From: an uncultured Solirubrobacterales bacterium
GTDB taxonomy: Bacteria; Actinomycetota; Thermoleophilia; Solirubrobacterales; 70-9
Length of the DNA stretch: 64,000 bases
Reading direction: 5' to 3'
NCBI GenBank assembly: GCA_963824705.1
Contig: CAWGQE010000003.1
Coordinates: 562,286-626,285, forward strand
The notes under the pieces were generated by a model, which saw nothing but the letters and a program-made list of their open reading frames with translations, made no database searches and had not been told where the DNA came from. The translations under genes were made by a program, and so were the position numbers. Position 1 is the stretch's first letter. Each line of letters opens with the position of its first letter. Below, piece by piece: positions 27,905 through 37,533 of this stretch.

Positions 27905-29506
27905 TCAGCAGATCGAAGGTCGGCACTCAACAGAGCCCAAATGTTCATATGGCATGAAGTCGAACCATGACCACCATGCGCTCCAGACATTACCCGGAAA
28001 GTCGGGAGAAAAGAAATGATCGTGTTGCAGGACAGCCTGCGTGCGGGCGAAGCCAACCACGATGACCGCCCAGCAGAGCAGGAAGGCGAGCGCCTGAAGG
28101 ATCTGGTTGCGTCGACAGGCGACCGGGGAAGTCTTCTTAGTAGCTGTCTGTCTGCGCGATCTTTCATTTTTTCGCCATCTTGGCCCAAGTTGAATGAAAC
28201 TAAAAATTCCTATAACAATCAAGCTATATATCGACAATATGTAAGCGACTGCTTCGGAAAGGTCGTCGAGGTTCTTGAGGCTGACCACCGCCGCGAAGAA
28301 GGCGGCCTGGCCGGAGAGGATCGCCAGAAGCACGCGTGGGCCGCGGCTGGCATGACGGACGAAGGTCTGCCCGCGGTAAGCGAGCGCCCCGGCGATCCCG
28401 GCCGGCACGGCGGCGAAGATGCTGCCCAGGGCGACCAGGATCGCCCGGTCTTCGCTGCTGGTTTGGTTGCGAAGTTCGGGTAGGGCCTGGAAGACGTACG
28501 TCGACACGACCAGCAGCAGCGCCGCCAGTGCGATCGTCGCGGCGATCGCTGAGGAAGGGGATATTTGCGCATCGAGGAGCAGCAAGTCGTTTTCGACCGG
28601 GTCGTCCCTTTCGTAGCGTCGAGAGGCTACGGCCCGCGTCCTTTCTACCGCCGTCGGCTCGAGAGGCCGCGTGTCTCTGCCCTCCCGGCGCCAGTAGTAG
28701 CGAAGGGCCTCAGCCCCTTCGGGCACGAGCTGGACGATCCAAAGCGAGGCCGCCTGGCCGAGGTTGGCGACCGCGCGCGCGGTCGGCATCCCGATCAGGC
28801 CGAGCCAGGCGAGCCCCTTGCGAATCAGCCCGTTGAGGGTGGTTTTCGCGTAGTCGCGATAGTGGAAACGCTCGGTGTACTGGACGGTGACGACGTAGGT
28901 GCGCTCCGGCTCACCGCGCATCTTTGCCACGAGGAGCCGCGTTTTGGCAAGGGAGCGCAGGTCCCGCCAGAACTCGTCCTCTTCGAGGACGGTCAGGGGG
29001 AAGGCGCGCAATTCGTCTGACGGCGCCGCCTCGCTCTGCTCGATCAGATGCTCTTTCAGCTCGTCGACCTGCTCCTCTGCCGCTTCTTTGGAGTTCACCA
29101 CGATCTCTCCCACGGTGAAGTACATCTCGCCATGCCAGAGCGCCAGGGCTTCATCCCTGGCTTCTCCCGCGATGCCCGCGAAGAAGCGGTCATGCCAACG
29201 CGCGTTGAACAGGCTCGCGCCGAGCTGCTTGCGTTCCTCCCGCTTCAGCAGGGGCAGGACAGTTCCATCGGGGCTGGTCACTCGCAGGTTCGGCATCTGA
29301 TCCTTGGAGAACTGCCCCAGGGGCACCAGTAGGTCGGCCGTCTCACTGCTGGAGCCGTGCGAGGGGACTGCTACCTGCTGCGTGACCGTGACTCCATAGT
29401 GATAGTCGTCGGAGAGATCCAGGTGTTCGACCCGCCTCTCGACGTACCGCGCAGGTGAGCGCTGCATGATTGCGAGGCGTCCCACCTCGATTTTCGAAAG
29501 TCCCAT
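27905..29506 (-). CDS. Hypothetical protein: ~300-aa soluble N-domain + C-terminal polytopic membrane domain
   Basis: 533-aa ORF with at least five hydrophobic helices in the last ~230 aa. It contains a locally AT-rich stretch (hand count 27/60 and 19/60 G+C for 28141-28260). No family recognised. Confidence 0.6.
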   Translation of the reverse strand: MGLSKIEVGRLAIMQRSPARYVERRVEHLDLSDDYHYGVTVTQQVAVPSHGSSSETADLLVPLGQFSKDQMPNLRVTSPDGTVLPLLKREERKQLGASLFNARWHDRFFAGIAGEARDEALALWHGEMYFTVGEIVVNSKEAAEEQVDELKEHLIEQSEAAPSDELRAFPLTVLEEDEFWRDLRSLAKTRLLVAKMRGEPERTYVVTVQYTERFHYRDYAKTTLNGLIRKGLAWLGLIGMPTARAVANLGQAASLWIVQLVPEGAEALRYYWRREGRDTRPLEPTAVERTRAVASRRYERDDPVENDLLLLDAQISPSSAIAATIALAALLLVVSTYVFQALPELRNQTSSEDRAILVALGSIFAAVPAGIAGALAYRGQTFVRHASRGPRVLLAILSGQAAFFAAVVSLKNLDDLSEAVAYILSIYSLIVIGIFSFIQLGPRWRKNERSRRQTATKKTSPVACRRNQILQALAFLLCWAVIVVGFARTQAVLQHDHFFSPDFPGNVWSAWWSWFDFMPYEHLGSVECRPSIC

Positions 29507-29718
29507 GTGACGTACGTATCTGATTGGTTGCGTGACGCTCGAACGGCGGTGGCCGTTCTATCCCTGCCTGTTGTGCTCAAAGAACTATGAGTAGACGGAG
29601 GCGAACCCTATGAGCAATGTGCGCGGTGTGTCAAGGCGATTAGTAAGTACTCAGAGATACATAAGGTTTTAGGAGGGGCTCCATCGTCCTCGTATTTAGT
29701 TTGATATGCTAATTACCA

Positions 29719-30177
29719 ATGCTAACGACTCAGGGCACTGCTGGCGCCGCACTCACCGACTCCGCCGCCCGCCTGCGGATGGCGATCGTGCGGACCTCAC
29801 GGCGCCTGCGCCAAGAGGCCGCGGGGGCGGTGGGCGAGTTGACCCCGACTTCGGCGGCGGCGCTGGTGACCGTCGAGCGGCGTGGGCCGCTGACGCCCAG
29901 CGAGCTGGCCGAGATCGAGCGGGTGAAGCGGCCGACGGCGACGCGGACGCTGCGCGTGCTCGGCGAAGCCGGCCTGGTGGAGAGGGCACCGGACCCCGAG
30001 GACGGGCGCAGCGCCCTGGTCAGCATCACCGCGACGGGACGCGAGCGCTTGCGCCGCATGCGGCGCCGCAAGAACGCCTACCTGGCCCGCCGCATGCGCG
30101 ACCTGCCTGCCGGCGACGTCGAGACGCTGGAGCGGGCGGCCGAGATCCTCGAGGGGATCCTGGAGGAGCCGAGTTGA
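29719..30177 (+). CDS. MarR-family transcriptional regulator
   Basis: LTPTSAAALVTVERRGPLTPSELAEIERVKRPTATRTLRVLGEAGLVER..DPEDGR is a MarR wHTH. Confidence 0.85.
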   Translation: MLTTQGTAGAALTDSAARLRMAIVRTSRRLRQEAAGAVGELTPTSAAALVTVERRGPLTPSELAEIERVKRPTATRTLRVLGEAGLVERAPDPEDGRSALVSITATGRERLRRMRRRKNAYLARRMRDLPAGDVETLERAAEILEGILEEPS

Positions 30178-31457
30178 GCGCCGCGGTGAGGCGCAGCTTC
30201 CACTCGCTCTCCGTCCCCAACTACCGGCGCTACTTCGCCGGCCAGGTCGTCTCGCTGTCGGGCAACTGGATGCAGACGGTGGCCGCGGTCTGGCTGATCC
30301 TCAGCCTTACCGGCAGCGGCCTCGCCGTCGGGCTGACCACCGCCCTGCAGTTCCTGCCGATGCTCCTCTTCGGCGCCTGGGGTGGGTTGTTTGCCGACCG
30401 CTTCCCCAAGCGGCGCCTGCTGATGGTGACCCAGGCGCTGATGGCGCTTCCCGCGATCGGCCTCTTTGCGGTGACCGAGGGCGGGACGGTCGCTCCCTGG
30501 ATGGTCTACCTCGCGGTCTTCGCGATGGGCTCCGTCAACGCGGTCGACAACCCGACCCGGCAGAGCTTCGTGATCGAGATGGTCGGCCCCGACCGGGTCG
30601 TCAACGCGGTCAGCCTCAACAGCGTCATCGTCCAATCGGCGCGGATCGTCGGCCCGGCGATCGGCGGGCTGCTGATCGCGGCGTTCGGCGTCGGGCCCTG
30701 CTTTGGCGTCAACGCCCTCACCTTCGCGGCGATGATCCTCGCCCTCTGGCGGATGGACCCCGCGCAGCTGCGGGCGGCGCCCATGGGCGGCCGCGAGCCG
30801 GGGGCGATCCGCGCCGGCCTGCGCTACGTCAAGCGAACGCCGGCGCTGGCGGTGCCGCTGGCGCTGATGGCGCTGGTCGGCACCTTCGGCTTCAACTTCC
30901 AGGTGGTGCTGCCACTGCTCGCCCGTTTCAGCTTCGACGGCGGCGCCAGTACCTACGCGGTGCTGGTCTCGGCGATGGGCGTCGGCTCGGTCGCGGGCGC
31001 GCTGATCACCGGTGCCCACGGTCGCACCGGCCCGCGTCTGATCGCCGCCGCGGCGCTTGCCTTCGGCGTCTCGGCCCTACTCGCGGCGGCGATGCCGGCA
31101 CTGGCATTCGAGATCCCGATGCTCGCCCTGTTGGGTGCCGCCGCCGTCACCTTTGCGGCCAGCATCAACTCGACTCTTCAGCTGGCGGTCGAGCCGGCGA
31201 TGCGGGGCAGGGTGATGGCGCTCTACTCGGTCGTCTTCCTCGGCTCGACCCCGATCGGGGGACCGCTGACGGGCTGGCTCTCCGAGGCCTACGACCCGCG
31301 GGTGGCGCTGCTCCTGGCGGCGATCGCGGGCATCTCCGCCGCCTGGGCGGCCCACGTCTCCTTCGCCCGGATTGAGGCGAGGGCGGTCGAGGTTAGGTGC
31401 GCTGAGCGACCCAAACCTCGACCGCAGTCCTCGTCAGTCGACGCTCAGCCGGTGTAG
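30174..31457 (+). CDS. MFS transporter (EntS/MFS_3-like)
   Basis: The TTG start overlaps the MarR stop. FRSL..PNYRRYFAGQ.VS..G.WMQ is the typical N-terminus, with ~12 TM helices. Confidence 0.85.
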   Translation: MSAAVRRSFHSLSVPNYRRYFAGQVVSLSGNWMQTVAAVWLILSLTGSGLAVGLTTALQFLPMLLFGAWGGLFADRFPKRRLLMVTQALMALPAIGLFAVTEGGTVAPWMVYLAVFAMGSVNAVDNPTRQSFVIEMVGPDRVVNAVSLNSVIVQSARIVGPAIGGLLIAAFGVGPCFGVNALTFAAMILALWRMDPAQLRAAPMGGREPGAIRAGLRYVKRTPALAVPLALMALVGTFGFNFQVVLPLLARFSFDGGASTYAVLVSAMGVGSVAGALITGAHGRTGPRLIAAAALAFGVSALLAAAMPALAFEIPMLALLGAAAVTFAASINSTLQLAVEPAMRGRVMALYSVVFLGSTPIGGPLTGWLSEAYDPRVALLLAAIAGISAAWAAHVSFARIEARAVEVRCAERPKPRPQSSSVDAQPV

Positions 31458-32425
31458 CCGGCTTCCTTGAGGTACGCGGCGGCCGCCTTGGCCGGCGACT
31501 GCTTTTCGAGTTCGACCCGGGCGTCGAGCTCCTGCATGACCGGCAGCGTCAGGCCTTCCTGGACCTGGACGATCGTCTTTTCGTAGTCGGGCCCGGCTTT
31601 TTCCGCCGTCGAGGCCTTGCTGACGAAGATGATGTTGCCCGCCGGAAAGACGTGCTTGTCGTCTTCGAGGATGACGAACTTGTCCTTCTCCGCCGAGAGC
31701 TGCGCGTCGGTGGTGAAGAGGATCGATAGGTCGGCCTGACCCGTTTCGAGGACCTTGTAGCGCAGGCCGATGTCGACTGGGGTGAACGACTTGAACTTGA
31801 GGCCGTAGTACTTTTCGAGCCCGGCGAGGCAGTCGATCCGCTGGCGGCACTCGGGCGAGCCGTAGAGGCTGAGCTGTTCCGACTTGCCCTTCAGGTCGGA
31901 GATCGTCTTCAGCCCTTCCTTTTCAGCCGTCTTCTTCAGCGTCCCGACCGCGTTGGCGCTGGCGAACGGGGTCGGCGGGAAGGCCGTCAAGCCTTCCTTT
32001 TCGAATTCTTCGTTGGCCTTTTCATAGGCCGCCTGGGCGCCGGCGGGAACTTCTTCCGGTTCCAGTCCGAAGAAGGAGGTCAGCGCCGTGCTCGCGTACT
32101 CCGGGTAACCGGATATCTGCCCCGATTTGACCGCCTTGTGGGCGACCGTTTCGGAGCCGAGGTTGAGCGCGCTCTTCACCTTGTATCCGGCCGCTTTCAG
32201 CGCCTGGGCATAGATTTCCCCGAGAATTTCCTGTTCGGGGAAGTTCTTCGAGCCGATCGTCAGGCTGACTTTCCCGTTCTTCGGGTTGGAGACGATCGCA
32301 CCGCCGCCTTCTTCGCCTTCGGTGCTGCTGTCATTGCTCGAGCCGCAGGCAGCGACTCCGAGGCTGAGGAAGAGCGCGAGCAGCACTGCTACGGAGGCGC
32401 GCCCCCTCTGGGTCGTGTTTCTCAC
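31445..32425 (-). CDS. Glycine-betaine/choline-type ABC substrate-binding lipoprotein (OpuAC/OpuCC-like)
   Basis: Lipobox LSLGVAAC, then the SBP pattern (IGSKNFPEQEILGEIYAQALKAAGY). Confidence 0.85.
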   Translation of the reverse strand: MRNTTQRGRASVAVLLALFLSLGVAACGSSNDSSTEGEEGGGAIVSNPKNGKVSLTIGSKNFPEQEILGEIYAQALKAAGYKVKSALNLGSETVAHKAVKSGQISGYPEYASTALTSFFGLEPEEVPAGAQAAYEKANEEFEKEGLTAFPPTPFASANAVGTLKKTAEKEGLKTISDLKGKSEQLSLYGSPECRQRIDCLAGLEKYYGLKFKSFTPVDIGLRYKVLETGQADLSILFTTDAQLSAEKDKFVILEDDKHVFPAGNIIFVSKASTAEKAGPDYEKTIVQVQEGLTLPVMQELDARVELEKQSPAKAAAAYLKEAGYTG

Positions 32426-32473
32426 TGTGCTTCCTCTCTTGTCGATTGCATTGCGGTCGTCTTTGGGAAAGCG

Positions 32474-33196
32474 TCAGGCCGCACTGAGCCGCAAGCCTCT
32501 CGAAGTGAGCAGACGTTGCAGCCAGGCGAGGAGGGACTCGAGCGTGAGGGCGAGCAGGGCGACGAGGATGCCGCCGGCGAGCAGGCCGTTGTCGCCATAG
32601 ACGTTGTTGTTGATGATGAAGTCGCCGAGGGTGAGTACGCCGGCGATCGGCCCGATCGTGGCGGTGGCCACGATCGCGATCGTGGCGCTGCGGATGCCGG
32701 CCATCAGGGTCGGCACGGCGAGCGGCATCTCGACCTTGAGGAGGATCTCCGCCTCGGTCATTCCCATTCCCCGTGCCGCGTTGACCGGGGCGCGGTCGAC
32801 CTGGCGGATGCCGACGAAGGCATTGGTGAGGATCGGTGGCACGCCGAGCACCGCGAGCGCGATCGTCAGGTTGAGCAAACCCACCCCGATCACCGCCGCC
32901 ATCAGCGCGATCAGCGCCAGCTCGGGAACCGCCCGGCCGACGTTGCCCAGTCCCACCGCGAACAGCTCGCCGACGCCGCGGTGGCCCAGGTAGAGGCCGA
33001 TCGGCAGTGCGATCGCGATTGCCAGCACCAGGGCGAAGAGAGTGACTTCGAGCTGGTTCAGCGTCAGTTCGATCACCTGTTCGAGCCCACCCACCTTCTT
33101 GCCGCCGGTGACGTTCGAGCTCTGCGGCTCGAAGATGAATTCGATCGCGCCGCCGATCGAGGCGGGAACGAAGGGCGGGAGAAGGGCGCCGATCAT
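32474..33196 (-). CDS. ABC transporter permease (osmoprotectant type)
   Basis: BPD-transport EAA loop (VNAARGMGMTEAEILLKVEMPLAVP). Confidence 0.85.
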   Translation of the reverse strand: MIGALLPPFVPASIGGAIEFIFEPQSSNVTGGKKVGGLEQVIELTLNQLEVTLFALVLAIAIALPIGLYLGHRGVGELFAVGLGNVGRAVPELALIALMAAVIGVGLLNLTIALAVLGVPPILTNAFVGIRQVDRAPVNAARGMGMTEAEILLKVEMPLAVPTLMAGIRSATIAIVATATIGPIAGVLTLGDFIINNNVYGDNGLLAGGILVALLALTLESLLAWLQRLLTSRGLRLSAA

Positions 33197-33939
33197 CCCG
33201 CTGCCACCCTTCGCCAGGGGGTCGCCAGGCGCTCGATCCAGACCAGGGCCAGGTGGAAGGCGAAGGCCATCAGCATCGCGATCCCGGCGGCGATGATGAT
33301 GCTGGTCGGAAAGGTGAGGTTGCCGCTGCCGTAGATCTTCACCCCGAGCCCGCCGCCGTTGACGAAGACGGCCAGCGTTGCCAGGGCGACCGTGCTGACG
33401 GTCGCGATGCGCAGTCCCGCGACGATCTCCGGCGTGGCCAAGGGCAGCTCGACTCGCCAGAGGATCTGACGGTCGGTCAGTCCCATGCCCCGGGCCGCGT
33501 CCTTGGTCGCGGTCGGGACGTTGGCCAGTCCCGTGATCGCGTTGCGGTAGATGGTCTGCAGCGTGTAGGCACTGAGCGCGACGATCACCGTGTCCCGTCC
33601 AAGCCCGGTGACCGGCAGCAGGAGGAAGAAGAAGGCGATGCTGGGCACGGTGTAGATGACGCCGGTGATCCCCAGCAGCGGCGCCTGCAGCCAGCGCCGC
33701 CGGTGCGCCAGCAGGGCGAGAGTGATCGCGATGGCGAAGCCGATGACGACCGAGATGAGGACCAGTTCGAGGTGCTGCTCGGTCGGCGTCGTGAAGCTGC
33801 CGATGTTTTCCTTTGCCCAGCCGAAGCAGAAGAGGTGGTCGCTTTGCGCCTGGCAGGGCAGCGTCTCCGACGTCCGTTCCTTGAAGAAGCCTTCGCCTAC
33901 TTCGCCGACCTTGGCGAGCGGCAGTAGATAGCTAGTCAC
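33193..33939 (-). CDS. ABC transporter permease (osmoprotectant type)
   Basis: EAA loop (KDAARGMGLTDRQILWRVELPLATP). It overlaps the next gene by 4 nt. Confidence 0.85.
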   Translation of the reverse strand: MTSYLLPLAKVGEVGEGFFKERTSETLPCQAQSDHLFCFGWAKENIGSFTTPTEQHLELVLISVVIGFAIAITLALLAHRRRWLQAPLLGITGVIYTVPSIAFFFLLLPVTGLGRDTVIVALSAYTLQTIYRNAITGLANVPTATKDAARGMGLTDRQILWRVELPLATPEIVAGLRIATVSTVALATLAVFVNGGGLGVKIYGSGNLTFPTSIIIAAGIAMLMAFAFHLALVWIERLATPWRRVAAG

Positions 33940-35083
33940 GCGGTCGCTCCACGGCGCTGTTCTCGTCGACCTTCGCCTTGGGCGAGGCGAGGAACTCGGA
34001 GATGATCTCGACCGAGAGCACGCCGTCGATCCGGCCCTGGTGATCGGTCACCGCGGCGTACTGGGCCTCGCCCTGCAGCAGGTCGGCGAGCGCGTCGCGC
34101 ATCACGTCGTCGCGGTCGAGCAGCGGGCCGAGCGGCGAGTCAGGTTGCGCCGGCACCGTCTCGGCGGCCAGGTCGCGCTCCGAGAGCCACCCAAGCGGCC
34201 GGCGCTGGGAGTCGACCAGCAGTGGGTATGGGACCTCGGCGCCTTGCAGCTTCGCCCGCACCTCTGCGGTCGGCTGGCCGACGTAGGCAAGCGGTGCCTC
34301 CCAGAGGTCGATGTCGGAGACGCGCATCAGCGCCAGCCGCTTCAGGGCGCGGTCGGCTCCGACGAAGTCCTCGACGAACTCGTCGGCGGGCGCCATCAGC
34401 AGTTCGGCCGGCGTCGCAAACTGGGCGAGGTGGCCACCCTTTCGCATGATCGCGATCCGATCGCCCATCTTGATCGCCTCGTCGATGTCGTGGGTGACGA
34501 AGAGGATCGTCTTGCGGATCTCCGCCTGCAGACGGAGGAACTCGTTCTGCAGGCGCTCGCGGTTGATCGGGTCGATCGCGCCGAAGGGCTCGTCCATCAG
34601 CATCACCGGCGGGTCGGCGGCGAGCGCTCGCGCCACCCCGACGCGCTGCTGTTGGCCGCCGGAGAGCTGCGCCGGGTAGCGCTCGCCCAGCTCCGGGTCG
34701 AGGCCGATCAACTCGATCAGCCCGGCGGTGCGCGCCTCGATCCTGTCCTTCTTCCAGCCCAGCAACTGCGGCACGGTGCCGATGTTCTGGGCGATCGTGC
34801 GGTGGGGGAAGAGGCCGACCTCCTGGATCACGTAGCCGATTTCGCGCCGCAGCCGCGCCGGGTCGCGCTCTCGCACGGACTCGCCGCCGATCAGTACGTC
34901 GCCCTCGCTCAACTCGACCGTGCGGTTGACCAGCCGCATCGCGGTCGTCTTGCCACAGCCCGACGGACCGACTAGAACGCAGATCTCACCGGCCGCGGCT
35001 TCCAGGCTGAGCCGCTCGACCGCAGCTTCGGTAGAGCTGCCGTAGCGCTTGGTCGCGTTCTCGAAGCGGACTGCAGCGGGCAC
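33932..35083 (-). CDS. ABC transporter ATPase with a C-terminal CBS pair (OpuCA/ProV-like)
   Basis: GPSGCGKTT, LSGGQQQRV and LLMDEPF, plus a tandem CBS-like C-terminus. Confidence 0.9.
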   Translation of the reverse strand: MPAAVRFENATKRYGSSTEAAVERLSLEAAAGEICVLVGPSGCGKTTAMRLVNRTVELSEGDVLIGGESVRERDPARLRREIGYVIQEVGLFPHRTIAQNIGTVPQLLGWKKDRIEARTAGLIELIGLDPELGERYPAQLSGGQQQRVGVARALAADPPVMLMDEPFGAIDPINRERLQNEFLRLQAEIRKTILFVTHDIDEAIKMGDRIAIMRKGGHLAQFATPAELLMAPADEFVEDFVGADRALKRLALMRVSDIDLWEAPLAYVGQPTAEVRAKLQGAEVPYPLLVDSQRRPLGWLSERDLAAETVPAQPDSPLGPLLDRDDVMRDALADLLQGEAQYAAVTDHQGRIDGVLSVEIISEFLASPKAKVDENSAVERPRD

Positions 35084-36340
35084 TCAGGTTGAGCCTATAC
35101 CCAACCTGTCCGTTCTCTCACGGGCCTGGGCGACGATCTCCGCCGTCCCCTCGACCTCGCCGCCACTCATCAGCACCCGGCCGGCGACCACGGTCGTGTC
35201 GACGACCGAGCCGTTCGCGGCGTAGACGAGGTCGGAGGCGAGGTCGCCGATGCCGAGCTCCGGCGAGTCGCCGCGCAGGAGCAGGAAGTCGGCTGGCGCG
35301 CCGGCGGTGAGCGGCTTCGCGCCCCCGCCGAGCAGCGGCGCGCGGGCGCCGGTCGCGATCTCCAGCGCCTCGTCTGCCGGGATGACGGTTGCGTCGCCGG
35401 CTGCGTGGCGCTGGGTTAGGGCGAAGGTCTTCAGGTCGGAGAGCAGGTCGAGCGAGTCGTTGGAGCCGGGCCCGTCGGTGCCGAGTCCGATCGCGACGCT
35501 GGCCTGGCGCGCCGCCGGGTAGGGGAGGACTCCGCCGACCGCCAGCTTCATATTGGCGACCGGGTTGGCGACCACGGTGGCACCGCGCTCCGCGATCAGC
35601 TCCAGCTCCGCCTGGTCGAGCCAGACGCCGTGGGCGAGCACCGTGCGCTCGCCGAGCAGGCCGAGCCGGTCGAGATACGCGGCGGGTCGCTCGCCGTGGG
35701 CGGTGAGGCAGTCGTTCACCTCCTGCTCGGTCTCGGATAGGTGGATCTGGAGCGCCAGGCCGCGCTCGGCGGCCTGCTCTCCGGCCCAGCGCAGCAGCGC
35801 TTCGCTGACCGTGTAGATCGAGTGCGGGGCGAGGGCGGCGGCGATCTCACCGGGACTGCCGGCCAGCGCGTCGAGCTCTCCGCTCACCCGGGCCCGCGCC
35901 TCGGCGGTGCGGCCGTCGGCATCGAAGAGCGGCCCGCCGATCGTCGCCCGCATCCCGGCGTCCTTGACCGCCCGCGCCGTCGCCTCGGGCTGCCAGTACA
36001 TGTCCCAGAAATGGCCGGTGCCGGTGCGGATCATCTCGGCACAGGCGAGCCGCGTGCCCCAGCAGACGTCCTCGGCCTCGAGCTTCGCCTCGATCGGCCA
36101 GATCTTCTCCTGCAGCCAGCGCATCAACGGCAGGTCGCCGCCGTAGCCTCGGAACAGCGTCATCGCGGCGTGGGTGTGGCCGTTGACCAAGGCGGGGACG
36201 AGCGGCATCCCACCTGCGTCGATCGCCTCGTCGCCGGCCTCGGCGACGACCTCGGGCCCGATAGCCGCGATCGCCCCGTCCACGCAGCGCAGCCCAACGG
36301 TCTCGCCGTCGAGCGCCGCTCCTGTAACCGCCAGGGTCAT
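35084..36340 (-). CDS. Amidohydrolase-family nucleoside deaminase (MtaD / 5'-methylthioadenosine-SAH deaminase-like)
   Basis: PALVNGHTHAAMTLFRGYGGDLPLMRWL..KIWP.E and H.SET are the typical MtaD/SsnA/guanine-deaminase group pattern. The stop abuts the GTG of the ABC ATPase. Confidence 0.7.
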   Translation of the reverse strand: MTLAVTGAALDGETVGLRCVDGAIAAIGPEVVAEAGDEAIDAGGMPLVPALVNGHTHAAMTLFRGYGGDLPLMRWLQEKIWPIEAKLEAEDVCWGTRLACAEMIRTGTGHFWDMYWQPEATARAVKDAGMRATIGGPLFDADGRTAEARARVSGELDALAGSPGEIAAALAPHSIYTVSEALLRWAGEQAAERGLALQIHLSETEQEVNDCLTAHGERPAAYLDRLGLLGERTVLAHGVWLDQAELELIAERGATVVANPVANMKLAVGGVLPYPAARQASVAIGLGTDGPGSNDSLDLLSDLKTFALTQRHAAGDATVIPADEALEIATGARAPLLGGGAKPLTAGAPADFLLLRGDSPELGIGDLASDLVYAANGSVVDTTVVAGRVLMSGGEVEGTAEIVAQARERTDRLGIGST

Positions 36341-37008
36341 CGAGCCAGCACCGGCAGCGCCGCGGCCAGCGCGTCGCGGAGACGAGCCGCGTTGCGCTCG
36401 CGGTGGCGTTCCAGCTCGACCGGCGACAACGGCTGCGCCTCGATCCCGTTAGCCAGGTTGTCGACCACGCAGACGGCCGCGTAGGGCAGGCCCAGCTCGC
36501 CGGCGACGATGCACTCCGAGGCCAGCGTCATCCCGACCAGATCGGCGTGGGCGGCGATCAGGCCGATCTCGGCGGGGGTCTCGAAGCGCGGGCCGTTGGT
36601 CTGCCAGTAGACCCCGCCGTCGCGCAGCGAGCCGGCGCCGCTCGCCTCCCAGGCGGCGAGGACCTCGCCGCGCCAGGTCGCGTCGAAGCCGGGCATCGCG
36701 TGGCCACGCGGGTCGTCGAAGCTGGTGACCGTGACCTGCAGGGCGATGAAATCGTGTGGGCAGACGAAGCTGCCGACTCCGAGCCCGGCGTCGAGCGAGC
36801 CAACCGAGCAGATCGCCAGCACCCGGTCGCAGCCGGCCTCGCCGAGTGAGCGCAGGTTGGCCTCGTGGTCGATCCGGTGGGGGAGGACGTAGGCATCGGC
36901 GGGGCCATGGCGCTGCAGCACGACCGCGTGACGCTCGGCGGCGGCGGCGATCTCCGTGCCACCTGGGCCGGCGGCGCCGCTGCCGAGGATGACGGCGAGG
37001 CGTCCCAC
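36337..37008 (-). CDS. MTAP-family purine/thio-nucleoside phosphorylase
   Basis: PNP_UDP fold pattern with NGPRFETPAEI and MTLASE. It overlaps the deaminase by 4 nt. Confidence 0.7.
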   Translation of the reverse strand: MGRLAVILGSGAAGPGGTEIAAAAERHAVVLQRHGPADAYVLPHRIDHEANLRSLGEAGCDRVLAICSVGSLDAGLGVGSFVCPHDFIALQVTVTSFDDPRGHAMPGFDATWRGEVLAAWEASGAGSLRDGGVYWQTNGPRFETPAEIGLIAAHADLVGMTLASECIVAGELGLPYAAVCVVDNLANGIEAQPLSPVELERHRERNAARLRDALAAALPVLAR

Positions 37009-37038
37009 AGAGCGATCCTATTTGCCTATCGTGGGCAT

Positions 37039-37533
37039 ATGACCGACCGTCCTTCCGGCAGGGAGGAGAGCGAGGACGAGCGCCTAGACCGCAACCTCGG
37101 CGAGCTGCTCCAGGAGTTGCGGGTGGCGCTGCCCGGGGTTCAGGTCCTCTTCGCCTTCCTGCTTGCCGTTCCGTTCCAGCGGAACTTCACCAAGATCACC
37201 CCGTTTCAGGAAAAGGTCTACTTCGCGACGTTGCTCTGCACCGCGATCTCGGCCGCTCTGCTGATCTCGCCGACCGCCTACCACCGGCTCACCTTCCATC
37301 TGCAGCAGAAGAAGGAGCTGGTGTTCGTCTCCAATCGGCTCTCGATCGCCGGCCTCGCCTTCCTCGCGCTGGCGATGACCGGCGCGGTCACCCTGATCAC
37401 CGACGTTCTCTTCGGCGGGGTCGCCACGGCGATCTTCGGCGCGGCCGCGGCGTTGATGTTCGTCCTGCTCTGGGGGGTCCTGCCGCTGCGGCAGCGCTTC
37501 AGGCTGGCGCGGAACGAGGACCGCTCAACATAG
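37039..37533 (+). CDS. Membrane protein, DUF6328-like (family recalled from memory)
   Basis: RLDRNLGELLQELRVALPGVQVLFAFLLAVPF followed by three more TM helices. ATG at 37039. Confidence 0.55.
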   Translation: MTDRPSGREESEDERLDRNLGELLQELRVALPGVQVLFAFLLAVPFQRNFTKITPFQEKVYFATLLCTAISAALLISPTAYHRLTFHLQQKKELVFVSNRLSIAGLAFLALAMTGAVTLITDVLFGGVATAIFGAAAALMFVLLWGVLPLRQRFRLARNEDRST

